DNA of 64,000 nucleotides from Octopus sinensis (lineage: Eukaryota): assembly GCF_006345805.1 (NCBI RefSeq), contig NC_043019.1:21079360-21143359 (forward strand), read 5' to 3'. The notes beneath the pieces were generated by a model. That model did not search any database. It was not told where the DNA came from and was given only the letters and a program-made list of their open reading frames with translations. Position numbers and translations under genes: made by a program. Below are positions 40,925-53,880 of the stretch, in pieces. Positions within the stretch are counted from its first letter, which is position 1; each line of letters starts with the position of its first letter.

Positions 40925-41090
40925 AAAATACAGGTCTACACATTATCCAACACGTCCTTCCCTTTCTATGATGGTAAAGTAATAATTTGACTGCTATCTC
41001 CAGCAGGTCAAGGCAGCTATGTAAAGAGTCACTTGTTAGTTCATACTGGCTCTTACTGTGTCCAAGATATATATATATATGTATATAACA

Positions 41091-41137
<47 letters not shown>

Positions 41138-41140
<3 letters not shown>

Positions 41141-41322
41141 AAAGTATAGAAGCTATCATAACATGGCTAACCACATAGGGGAGGGGGTGTTACTGTAGCT
41201 TAAGGGCACTGAAATGGTGTCTAAAGCCAGCTGGAGACACCGATCTCTTGGGGCTATAAAGCTACAGTAACACCCCCTCCCCTATGTGGTTAGCTATGTT
41301 ATGATGGCTTCTATACTTTACA
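41138..41322. repeat. Long inverted repeat (about 63-bp arms) between (TA)n tracts
   Basis: TGTAAAGTATAGAAGC...GTTACTGTAGCTT pairs with AAGCTACAGTAAC...CTTCTATACTTTACA with very few mismatches. Confidence 0.9.
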
Positions 41323-41931
41323 TTATCGAGCGATTACTGTTTCAATCTCATTCTGAGATTTAATAATGCTATATATATATATTGTTTGCATCATAAGAAT
41401 TTTAGAAATTTCAGTGAAATAATTTGTGATTTTTTTTTAACAGTGGAAAATAAACAAAACAAATTATTTCGTGTTCTCTCGAAGTTTCTAAATTCTTCTG
41501 ATATAAACAATATACAATTCTTGCAGTAAGAATTTTCTAAAATGGATTGAGAGATTTGAAGGGTTGCTTTAATCTACTGGTAGAATGCCAGTCATGTTTA
41601 CTGAAGATGTGGGTTCAAGTCACACAGACGGCCTTCAACTTTTTCTAATCAAAAGGGTTTATTTTTAAAACCCAATATTAGCGTGCTGCTATTTATAGCT
41701 TTATCAACTTCGAGTTCCACTATTAAAAAAAAAAAATAACAAATTCTTATACAAGAAAGTTGTTGACAGTGACTTCAAAGTCACTGTCAGCAACATCCTT
41801 GTATAAGAATAATAAATTTAATCTCTTCAAAAGTATAGAGTAACCCATCAGATTAATGTAAAATTGTTTCAAAGTTGTTTATCAAAATTATAACTGAACA
41901 TAAAAACAAACATTTGTGGTGTGTGTGTGTG

Positions 41932-41962
<31 letters not shown>

Positions 41963-44033
41963 TTTTTATGTCAAGTTGTATATAAAACAAAACTTTAACA
42001 TTAAACTGATGGATTACTCAATACTTTTTAGTAGAGCACATGTTTAATTAAACTTCTGCAAGAAAAAGAGTGACATCAGCTGCAAAGTTTCAACTTGCTA
42101 GCCTCTTTCAAACTGTCTTAAGAAGGCTAGTAAGCCAAAACTTTGTAGTTACTGTCAACAAGTTTTCTTCTTATGGAAGTTTTAGCAAACATAGGTATTC
42201 ACTTAGAACCATGTTGTTATCTTACACCCTATGTGGGTTGCTGTAATCCAGGCAAATGCAGCTGAGATAATAGTCTCACAGGAAGGAACAAGCATCAACA
42301 GTGCCATTGACCATAGCCTACAATGGCGGCACCGTCTCACTGGCCTCTGGTCATCTGTCTTTATTATGTACAAGTTGCTCCACACCATGCATATTGACCC
42401 AATGCCTTGTATAACCGGTCTCTTGCTTTATTAATCCCACAGGCATGCAATTAACCTCACCGCATGCAGTTAATTAATTAATCTCGTATCCCTGTAATCG
42501 GTCTCAATTTTTGGGTTTTTTTCTTTCTTTTCTATTTTTTCTTGATTTTTTTTTGTATGTTATTTATCTATTGGTTTATGTTAAGCTACAGTTAACTGGT
42601 AAGTGTATAAGTTTACCTGGGTATATTGCTCTACCTGCAGTTAATGAGGTGAGTATGTGGTTATATGGTTGTTTTTTTCTATATGGAATGGATATTACCG
42701 TTACTAAGTGAGTACCAGTGTTATATCATGCGCACAACCACTTTGAAGCGTAAGTACAAGAATAAGTTTAATTTTTATATGTATATTAAATATATGCATT
42801 ATATATGTGAATACAGGCATTATATATCTATGTATATATATTTATGTTATACACACATTAATATATAAATTACATGTATTTTGTTGATATATATATTATA
42901 CATTATATATGTCTATATAATATATATTAATGTGTGTGTGAAAGTACATACTTATGCTAATTTTGTTTATTTCATCTTTTTTAGTTAAAACTTTTCATTA
43001 AATATCAATTACGATGATAGCACAGTATGAAGATCAGTCTTTCAGTGGTGATCCAGGAACTCATTAACGCTTACTATAGTGTGATGAAAACGGGCACCAT
43101 TATATCTTCAAATACATAAGGACATACACACATATGCATATATATATATATACAGAGCTCTGTTAATTCAGAACACCTGAAATGTATAATGTAGTTATTT
43201 ATTTGAGAACTTTAGCTGTGGAGATTTCAGATTATATACAACCATCCTACATTGTTCCTTTCATTAAATAGAAAAAGTAATTGGCTAAACTGGCAAAATG
43301 ACCATTCCGAAATACAACAATAGTAATTGGAAATCATCTTACAGATCTGTTTCCAGGGATAATTATATCTCATCAGAAATGGTGAGAGATTATACTTTGG
43401 TTACCCAGGGAACTTTTTAATCTAAATTACTGTACATAGCATTAATTTAACAGGGTATATAACAACATAGACATGTGTTAGTAAATTGCAAGGGAATTTA
43501 GCAAATGGCAGACATCTAAACATCATGATGGTTCTGGGAATGATTTCAAACAATCCAAGACATGTATGTGTTGTTTGCTTATTTTTTTTCTGTTAAGCCA
43601 CTGAGTTAATCAATTCTTGCATAAAATAGTTCCAACTGAGAACAAAAGATCACACACACACACACACACATACACACACGTGCACGTGCGCATTTCTTTC
43701 TTTCATTCTTTGACCCATTCCTTCATACATTAACCTTTAATCTACCAGTATAAAACTTCCTCTCTTTCTCCCTCTCTCTCTTTACAGTAGACCCATTCAG
43801 TCAAAGGGAATTTTAGTCTTGTAAACTACATGGCAACCTGTCTAATGCTGGTGCCATAAAAAAAGAGCACCTTCTATGTTTTGTGAAGTGGTTGGTGTTA
43901 GGACGGGCATTCAACCATAGAAACAATACCAAAGCAAATATTAGAATACAACACAGTTGTCTGACCTGTTGAAGCATGTCAGACCAGCCAACCTATGCCA
44001 GCCTGGAACACTGACATTAAAAGATGATATATA

Positions 44034-44100
<67 letters not shown>

Positions 44101-44701
44101 TCTTTTATTCTTTTAGTCATTTGACTGCAGTCATGCTGGGGCACCACCTTAAAAGGTTTCTTAGTTGAAGAAATCAACCTCAAGTACTTGTCCTATCAGT
44201 CTCTCTTACCAAACTGCTAAGTTACAGGGATGTAAACACACCAACATTGGTTGTCAAGTTATAGTGGAGGGGGGGAGGTAAACACAGACACACAAATACA
44301 CAATGGGTTTCTTTCAATTTCCATCTACCAAATCCACTCACAAGACTTGGGTCAGCCTGAGGCTATAGTCGAAGACATGCCCAAGATGCCACACAGTGGG
44401 ACTGAACCCGGAACCATGTGGTTAGGAAGCAAGCTTCTTACCACATAGCCATGCCTGCATCTATTTATATAATATATATATATACATACTTTATCTTTTG
44501 ACTGTGGCCATACTGGGACACCTCCTTTAAGGGTTTTTAGTCAAACTAATTTACCCCAGGACTGGTTTTTAAGCCTAGTACTTAATCTATTGGTCTCTTT
44601 TGCTGAACTGTTAAATTACAGGGACATAAACACATAGGTTGTGAAATGGTGGTGGGGAACAAACAGAAATGCATGCATACACATACATACACACACACAC
44701 G

Positions 44702-44733
<32 letters not shown>

Positions 44734-44875
44734 CACATGTTTCTTTCTATGAAATCCACTCACAAGGCTTTGGTTGGCCTGAAGCTATAGTAGAAGACAC
44801 TTGTTCAAGATGCAACACAGTGGGACTGAACCCAGAACCATGTAGTTGGGAAACCTCATAACCATGCCTGTGCCT
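44101..44875 (-). mobile_element. Two head-to-tail older SINE family 1 copies (44101-44460 and 44490-44875)
   Basis: Diverged matches to the consensus. Confidence 0.75.
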
Positions 44876-44901
44876 ATACACACACACACATACACTCAAG
44901 A

Positions 44902-44939
<38 letters not shown>

Positions 44940-45369
44940 GATGCATATTTATGTACAGCACACACAAAGCCAAATATTGTATTATGCTGCACACCATCTA
45001 CAAAAACTTAGCACAGATAGATTGGAGATATTGAATATCTGTGATCAAGTGTGGGAACAGGATGTGTGTGCATGTGAATTTGTAACCAGAAGGGTTTTTC
45101 CCGCCTGTGACATGCAGCTGTCCCATCTCATGTCAAACAACCTGACATGGTCAAGGTAAATACAGGTAGCATCTGGCCAATGAAATACCTGTTGAACAGC
45201 TTTGGAATACTGAACTGTAGGATTTTCAGAACTCCACTTGGTTGATGTAACAAAACCCATATTGTGGTTTACTACTTGGGTTATGTTGAAAACTAATTAG
45301 CAAAGGACAAAGATCGACGCACGTATGGCCGGATGGTTAAGAAGTTTGCTTCACAGCTTTCTAGGTACC

Positions 45370-45590
45370 TATTTCTTTACTACCCACAAGGGGCTAAACA
45401 CAGACGACAAACAAGGAAAGACAAACGGATTAAGTCGATTACATCGACCCCAGTGCGTAACTGGTACTTAAGTTATCGACCCCGAAAGGATGAAAGGCAA
45501 AGTCGACCTTAGCGGAATTTGAACTCAGAACGTAACGGCAGACGAAATACGGCTACGCATTTCGCCCGGCGTGCTAACGTTTCTGCCAGC
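45370..45590 (-). mobile_element. SINE family 2 inserted in an old family 1 head
   Basis: Reverse match, flanked by the direct repeat AGGTACCT. Confidence 0.85.
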
Positions 45591-46372
45591 TTCCAAGGTA
45601 CCTTGAGTAGTTTTCTGCTCTAGCATCAGGTTGACCAATATCTTGTAAGTGAAAACTAGGTAGGCTGAAGAGGAGGGGATTTGAGACTGACTGACTGACT
45701 GTCAAAACTCCTGCATATCAACGAGACACTGTCTGTGCTGAGGTGGCCTGCCCAACCCATGCAAAAATAGAAAAGAGGTCACAGGAGAGTAATGTGATCA
45801 GTATGTATGTTGGTTTATAGTAATTGTGTGGAGGGGACATAACTCTGGTAAAACTTAAACCAGTCTTATAATAAGATTTGATGAAATGAATATCTTGACG
45901 GCAGTGCCCCAGCCTGACCATAGGCCAGTGACTGAAAACCAAGGAAAGAATGTAATATTTGCAATGAATATTAGTTCCATAGAAAACAGTTAACTACGGT
46001 AATAAAATTATAATAAACTACTGAAGTTATGTGGGTTAAGCACATCCTCCTGATGTCCTGAATGTTAACTTTACCTTGAATAATTGAAGTTGCTGCAAGA
46101 AAGAGGTGGGGGGGGGGAAAGATATTTTCGGAGGAAAAAAAATTTAAATGTTTTCAGAAAGTATTTTCATCTTTCTGCTAATGAGCGGTGCTGGCTGAAA
46201 CTTTAGACATCTTCCTTGTTAATAACAGCCAAAATAAATAATTCCAGTTTCTTGAACAAATTTCACGTTTACAATTTGCCAGTGCAGCCACATAGCTTTC
46301 ACTTCAATATCCTTAATATTTCTCTATCCGTTAATGCATGCGTGCGTGTGCACACACATGCATACCAACAGT

Positions 46373-46373
<1 letters not shown>

Positions 46374-46405
<32 letters not shown>

Positions 46406-46692
46406 GTGTGTGTGTATGTATGTATGTATGTATATATATATGTATATATATATATATGTATGTATGTATATATATATGTATGTATGTATATATATATGTA
46501 TGTATATATATATGTATGTATATATATATGTATGTATATATATATGTATATATATATATGTATGTATGTATATATATATGTATGTATGTATGTATGTATA
46601 TATATATGTATGTATGTATGTATGTATATATATATGTATGTATGTATGTATATATGTATGTATGTATATATGTATGTATATATATATGTATG

Positions 46693-46725
<33 letters not shown>

Positions 46726-46884
46726 GTATGTATATATGTATGTATGTATATATGTATGTATGTATATATGTATGTATGTATATATGTATGTATATATATA
46801 TGTATGTATATATGTATGTATGTATATATGTATGTATGTATATATGTATGTATGTATATATGTATGTATGTATATGTATGTATG

Positions 46885-46918
<34 letters not shown>

Positions 46919-46975
46919 TGTATGTATATATATAAGTATGTATGTATATATATATGTATGTATATATATATATGA
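46374..46975. repeat. About 600-bp (TATG)n/(TA)n compound microsatellite
   Basis: Seen directly; it is the source of the 213-246 aa spurious ORFs. Confidence 0.97.
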
Positions 46976-47331
46976 ATGTGTGGGTGTTTATATGTTTATG
47001 TATCCGTATACATATGCATGTATTTGCATATATACATATATATTTACTTGTCTAAGAATATGCACTTTACATTACTAATTGGATGTTCCCCCTTTCTCTC
47101 TCATATCTACACCATGTCTCTTGTCCCCCCCCCCCACATCAATCCCATAAGAGTGGGTGGTGTAGCTTTATACCTTTGTTACAATATACTAACCATAGCT
47201 AAATTTATCTCGGTTGCTATTATTGCTGTGCCTCAGGTTGGTCCTAATTTGGCAGGCCTATGATCAAGGACATAAGCAGCCCATCTTTGGGATTTTCCAG
47301 ACTGTACATCTAAAACTGTAATATCATATCT

Positions 47332-47719
47332 CTTATACTCTTTTACTTGTTTCAGTCATTTGACTGCGGCCATGCTGGAGCACCGCCTTTAATCGAGCAA
47401 CTCGACCCCGGGACTTATTCTTTTTTGTAAATCCCAGTACTTATTCTATCGGTCTCTTTTGCTGAACCGCTAAGTAACAGGGACATAAACACACCAGCAT
47501 CGGTTGTCAAGCAATGCTAGGGGGACAAACACAGACACACAAACACACACACGCATATATATATACGACGGGCTTCTTTCAGTTTCCCTCTACCAAATCC
47601 ACTCACAAGGCGTTGGTCGGCCCGAGGCTATAGTAGAAGACACTTGCCCAAGGTGCCACGCAGTGGGACTGAACCTGGAACCATGTGGTTGGTAAACAAG
47701 CTACTTAACACACAGCCAT
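47332..47719 (-). mobile_element. SINE family 1
   Basis: Near-consensus match. Confidence 0.88.
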
Positions 47720-48769
47720 GTATTTTCTTTTTTTTTTTTAAGAGAGAACACTGTTACAATTCAAGGGAGATTTATCTGCTACTTCTAGCAGGATGGGTAA
47801 CCAAATAGTGGTTCCTTCTCATAATGCTTCCTAGCATATAGATAGAATTGTAGCTAATCTTTCTGCCATTTTTTGTCACTCAAACACACACACACACACA
47901 TACATGCACTCTTTCACAGTCTCTTACAAACATGCATCCACACACCCTTAGTGCCTACATTATTTCCCACCCCTTAATATTAAGATATTTCAGTGTTCTA
48001 GTCTTCTATATAATAACTAAGCTGTAATATAAATCATTAATGGGAGTTCACCTTCTGGTTTCTCACCCCACTTACTCATTGACTCTCCCTTCTTTCTCAC
48101 AGACAAAACTAACAGGTCAACTTGCCAAAGGACAGCCATTTACACCTCTTTCCTGTTTTATTTGTTTGAACTTAATACTTTCATACACACACTCACAAAA
48201 CAGACGGCCTTTTCTATTTCCTTGATCGGGTCTTCTAAAGCCAATTCATTCAGTTCTTTTCTCTCACCATAGCTAAAATTACTCCCTGAAAAGTGTGTGT
48301 GTGTGCGTGTGCGTGCGTGCGTGTGCGCTGCTGCTGCTTATTTCAGTTATTGGATTGTGGTCATGCTGAGGCACTGCCTTGAAGATTTCAGTCAAGCTAA
48401 TTGACCCTGGTACTTATTTTATCGGTCACTTTTTGCTGAACTGCTAAGTTACAGATACTTCCACAAACTTGAACCAACACAGGCTCTCAAGGGATGCTAG
48501 AGGACAAAAACACACACACACCATGGGTTTTCAGTTTCTGTTTACCAAATCCACTCACAAGGCTTTGGTTGGCTCTGGGCTATTGTAGGAGATACTTGCC
48601 CAAGGTGTCATGCAGTGGAACTGAACCTGAAACCATGTGGTTGGGAATAGACATACATGTATTAAAAAGAAAAAGACAGGAAAATATGTTTATAGTTATG
48701 TCTTTGGTTCGTTTTTAATGAAGGACATGTGAGTTACCATTGTTAAAAGGTTTGCTAAGCAACTAACGT

Positions 48770-48801
<32 letters not shown>

Positions 48802-48984
48802 GCATATGTGTGTGTGTATCTGTAAACATGCACCTGTGCTGGTGCCACCTAAAAAGAATCCAGGCCACTCTGTTAAGTGGTTGACATCAGAAAGGACAGG
48901 TGTAAGAACCATGTCAAAACACACAGTAGAGTTTGATAAAAGCATGGAAGACAGATGTTAAATGATGACATGCACAATATATAC

Positions 48985-49201
48985 ACTTTTACTTGTTTCA
49001 GTCATTTGATTGTGGCCATGCTGGAGCACTGCCTTTTAGTTGAGCAAATGAACCTCAGGACTTATTCTTTGTAAGCCTAGTACTTATTCTATCGGTTACT
49101 TTTGCCGAACCGCTAAATTACGGGGATGTAAACACACCAGCATCGGTTGTCAAGCGATGTTGGGGGAACAAACACAGTCACACAAACATATACACATACA
49201 T

Positions 49202-49241
<40 letters not shown>

Positions 49242-49398
49242 TATATACAACGGGCTTCTTTCAAATCCACTCACAAGGCTTTGGTCAGCCCGAGACTATA
49301 GTAGAAGACACTTGCCCAAGGTACCACACAGTGGGACTGAACCCGGAACCATGTGGTTCATAAGCAAGCTACTTACCACACAGCCACTCCTACTCCTA
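48985..49398 (-). mobile_element. SINE family 1 (further old copies at about 48335-48650 and 50455-50850)
   Basis: Full-length match. Confidence 0.85.
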
Positions 49399-49751
49399 TG
49401 TATGTTAGTGCTTAGCAAACCTTTCAATAATGGTAAGCTACTTATCCTTCACTCAAAATTAACCAAAGTCACATTACTACAAGCATATTTTTGGTGCTTT
49501 TTTTAATCAAATATTATGTAGCTGAGAAAGGTATGAGTATCACACATTCTTGTTTCTTGCCCATAAATTTGTGGGCCTCTGCCTTGCTTTTAATTGTAGG
49601 TCTTGTTCTACCAGATTTGATCTTGGGTTAAATAACAACTGCATGAATGAATACATGTTTATTCATGATCTTCACTTCCCTATTCCAACTAGGCCATGGT
49701 AATTTTATCAATAAGGTGTGAAGGTAGGAAGGTATTGTTAACTATCATGTA

Positions 49752-49810
<59 letters not shown>

Positions 49811-51469
49811 CAAATACATAGACACATATGGCCATACATCAACTGACAACTGAAGTCTCTCTCACTCTGTCTCTCTCACTCTCCCTCACCCCTCTCTCTT
49901 TTTGCCTCCCATCCTCTCTTCTGTAGTTCCTTCCTTGTTGTCTTTGGATGGTCTGGAAAAAAAAAGAATAAATTTTCATTTCTCTCTCTCTCTCTCTCCT
50001 TCTCCCCCCCCTCTCTCTCTCTCGTGCACACACACACACACACACATACACACCCCCTCTCCTATACTTAACTCTACTTTTATAAGAAGTAACAGTATTC
50101 TGTCCTGCTCTCTCTCTCTATATATATATATGTATATGTGTGTGTATATATGTATATATATTATTATTATTATTATTTAAAACAGACTTGGCTCCATACA
50201 ACTGAGTTTCACAAGCCCCTGTTATATAATCATAAAATTAGTGCTATTAGATACGAAATTTATATATGTAGTCAGTTATATGGCTGTGTGATGATGTGGT
50301 TTCAGGTTCAATCCTATCCCACAGCGCCTTAGGCAAGTAAGTGTCTACTGATGTAGCTCTGGGCTACCTATTGCCTTGTGAGTGATTCTAGTGGATGGAA
50401 ACTGTGTGGATGTTTGTAGTCCCACCACCACTTGACAACTGCTATTGGTTTCCCATTAAACTGTGACCATGCTGGAACATTGCCTTCAAGAATTTAGTTG
50501 AATGAAGCAAATCCAGTACTTTTATTCTTTTTTTAAAGCCTGGTACTTGTTTTATTGGACTCTTTTGCTGAACTGCTCAGTTACAGGGATGCAGACACAC
50601 CAACACTGGTTATCAAGCAGTTGTGGTGGTGGTGGTGGGAGAACAAGCACAGACACAAAGACACACACATGTACATATATATAAACATACATACATGGTG
50701 GGCTTCTTTCAGCTTCTGTCTACCAAATCTACTCACAAGGCTTTGGTTGACCTTAAGCTATAATAGAAGACAGTTGCCCAAGGTGCCACACGCTGGGACT
50801 GGACCCAGAACTATGAAGTTGGGGGCTTTTCCCCACACAGCTGTGCCTGTATATGTTCAATACATGACTAAGCTAACTCTACCAAAATCACAATAACAAT
50901 ACAAACTAAAACATTGATAGGGTTTTAATCACTGTAATTGCTTTAACTAGTTTGAAAACATTAAAAAAATGGGTTTTTAAGAATCAACTTAAAATATAAT
51001 AACAAGGGTTGGGTGTGTGGTGTAATGTTTATGTTGTTAATTGTAAGGTCTGTGGGTTAGCAAAATTGGTAGGGCATTGAACAGAAATAACGCTTTGTAG
51101 TATTTATTGGTTTCTCTTGAAGTTCTGAGCCTGAATCCCACTAAGATTGACTTCATTTGACCGTTTCAATACTGAAGAAGTAAAGCAGCTGTTAACAACT
51201 GAGATCAATGTGATCAGTTTATTAATATACACACTTCAAACATTAAAATATTGGTGTGTATAACATTAACATCCATACAAATACTGAACAGCTCTAACTG
51301 TAATAATTAAAACATGGGACTTGGCTCAGAAAGCTAATGGATTACCAGACAGCATTTAATCTCCTCAGTGACAAATACTTTGAACATTGAGCTAAGCCTA
51401 AAATATTCGTTCCTATATAAAAATAGGTAAACAAAACCATTTACTGATCTGTGTGTAAGTTATATATAT

Positions 51470-52070
51470 AACTGAAAAAACTGGAGTCAACAAGAAAGGA
51501 TACAGTTGGACATTTATTTTTTAATCACTACAATTGTTTCAATGCAATGTAGTTCTCCAGTGTGCAAATACTTGATTATGTAACTGTTTCCTGCCTTATG
51601 AGATCTAGTTGTTTCCTCAGGCGATATGTAAATATTGTCTCCATAAGTTTAAAAATCCTCAGCTTTAAGAACATCCTATCTGTTTGTTGCCTGAATTTTG
51701 TAGTAGTCACTCAGCTTATCAGGGTGTTTTTTTGCTGAAGGGCTGTTGGCAGACTACTTTGAATTTGTAGATGTAGTGGAATGGTGATTCAGGTACTGTT
51801 AAAGGGATTAGTATTTTATTTCTTTGTACTGCTGATTTGTTTTTCATGACTGTTTACACATGCAATTGTCCTTAGCTGGCCTTTAAGATTCAACACCCGA
51901 ACAATTCTGCAACTAACTGTAGAAGACCAAATAGAGTTGAAATACTGAATCTGGTGATCCGTTAGTGTTTTGAGCAAAGTCCTGCATGTTTTGACATTCA
52001 AGTCTCTTTGAGAGGTTTCTCCGAGACAAGAAATAACAGCCAATGTCCTTCTATATTTGCATACACATTA
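51470..52070 (-). mobile_element. Decayed Penelope-like retroelement 3' part
   Basis: Degenerate frame CVCKY...CLGETSQR resembles the GIY-YIG C.C...YIGET.R motif. It is followed by the hammerhead motif, AATAAA and a (TA)n end. Confidence 0.45.
51524..51625 (-). ncRNA. Type I hammerhead-like motif with long, partly decayed stem II
   Basis: Minus strand reads atcgc-CTGAGGA-(73 nt imperfect stem-loop)-GAAAC-aatt-GTA-gtgat. Helix III is the palindrome ACAATTGT. Confidence 0.5.
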
Positions 52071-52072
52071 TA

Positions 52073-52260
52073 AAGGTGTGGGCAAAAGTAGATATACAGT
52101 GGAATGTCATTTTCATTCTCAGTTTCTTTTTTAAACCTAAGTCAACTGAGGAATCTGCAAGAGATACCTAATTCATTGGAAACCCTAGTTTTTGTTTTCT
52201 AGGGACTTTGAGTGAATGCTTGAGCCAAGCAACTGTATAACCTACTTTTGCTCGCCCCTC
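52073..52260. mobile_element. Tc1/mariner-like MITE
   Basis: About 30-bp imperfect TIRs (GGGCAAAAGTAGATATACAGT / ACTGTATAACCTACTTTTGCTC) flanked by TA. Confidence 0.65.
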
Positions 52261-52744
52261 TATACTTGTTGTACACACCAGAATTATGATCAAGTATTTC
52301 TCTTCTTCTCCAAGTTAAAAATCAATATTTATGTAATTTGAAAAAAAAAAAATATCTAATTAAAAAATGAGTAAATGACTAATATATATAAAAAAAAGCA
52401 ATGTAAAGAAAACTAAATTTATGTCAATGTGAAACAAATAAAAATTATTTTGAAGCAATATTATAAATCTGTAATGAATGTGTTTATTATTATATGTATT
52501 AATTGTGTGTTAAGTAATTTTTGGTATTGTTAATCATATGTAAAGATCATTATATTTTCAGCAAGAGTATCAGTCAATTAATGCTAACACCTGCTTCAAT
52601 ATCAATTAACTTATATAATTTGGCATTGTTGTGACTCTTGCTGAGTGTGTGTATATATGTTTCTGTGCTAGCATGTGTGTGTATGAACAATCACACACAT
52701 ACACACATGTATGCACATACATAAACATATCTTGTAATTTTTAG

Positions 52745-52885
52745 GTCAAGATGTGAAAGGGTTCAGCTGTGTACCAAACTATTACTTGTGTCCAGGAACC
52801 TTGCACTGTATACCAATCGAGAAAGTCTGTGACGGGGTCAATGACTGTTTAAATAGTGACCGAGCGGATGAAGGGTATCACTGTG
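52745..52885 (+). CDS. LRP1: LRP1-like gene, internal exon encoding an LDL-receptor class A repeat (equivalent to LRP1 repeat 2)
   Basis: tttag|GT...TGTG|gtaag; 141 nt, phase 1-1. Translates [46 protein letters not shown], a six-Cys LDLa repeat with CDG..DC...DE. Resembles the second N-terminal repeat of vertebrate LRP1 as recalled. Confidence 0.92.
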
Positions 52886-52971
52886 GTAAGGATCAACACA
52901 CTTTATTTCTTACCCTTTTTTTTCTTTTCTATTTTCTTTTTGTTTTTGTTTCCAACTGGCAACCTGTTTAA

Positions 52972-53186
52972 CCCTTTAGCTTTTAAACTGGCCATATCCG
53001 GCCATCTTCTTGTTTTATGTTCAAACTGGCCAGATCCAGCCTTTCACACCTACCTTGCAATGTTGATCTAAAAAATATAGAGTCACATAATCGAAATCTT
53101 AAGGCTTTGAGATAATATCTGATTAATTCAAAACGATGTGAATAAATAAGCATTACATATGATAGAATAATCTGAATGCTAAAGGA
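52972..53186. mobile_element. piggyBac-like MITE family B (reverse orientation)
   Basis: TTAA|CCCTTTAGC...GCTAAAGGA|TTAA. A partial relative lies at about 19900-20055. Confidence 0.8.
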
Positions 53187-53880
53187 TTAAGGTGGAATGT
53201 TGTAATAGTAGTCACATAAGCACCATGGAAACTGAGTTAAGCTTCAGAGCTTTTTCTTTTCTTTTTTCTTTTTAAGTCTTGAGACTCTTGACAGAGCTAA
53301 GTCTAAATATTTTCTATTTTGCAACAATATAATAATGATATATTTTTATTTTTCTTGTTTTCAATGCTTGTATGGATGATTGAGAGTGGTTGAGGAGCAT
53401 CTGAGCAGCTTTTGTGGTGGTTGTTATACCAAAGACTTGTCTGTAATTTGGTTGACAAAAACTGGAAGCCCATTGGAAGAATATTACCTGCTGGATGGAT
53501 CATGGGCATAATCTATTGTCTAATTTTGATCTTTGGGTGCCTTCAGCAGAGACCATCCTGTTTGAGAACAGTTTCTTCCTTTTCCTTCCTCTCACCAATC
53601 TGGAGGCCCTGAATTGGCTCATGGGCATGGCCCTTATAATGACTAAAGCATAAAAATACATGTATATGTATGAGTGCGCACAATGCTATGTAGTGTATCT
53701 ATGTGTATGTATATATATTTATGTGTGTGTGTGAGTATGTGTGCATATATCATGATGTGGCAAGGCTTCAACAAGTAGAATAACACTCAATCAGCTAAGA
53801 GAATAGGAGTAATGTTATTATAAAAACCACAAATCTTCTTAGGGTTTCCTGATTAAAAGGATAATAATAGTGATCTCAAT

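Noticed and set aside
41325-41372. Minus-strand stem plus GAAACAGTA resembling the 3' half of a hammerhead
   Set aside because: The CUGANGA box is absent; at best it is a decayed relic.
46216-47078. Longest ORFs in the track (213-246 aa, rich in Y/V/C/M/I)
   Set aside because: They are translations of a (TATG)n/(TA)n microsatellite. The same applies to ORFs at 145-975, 6785-7306, 23060-23357 and 32865-33306.
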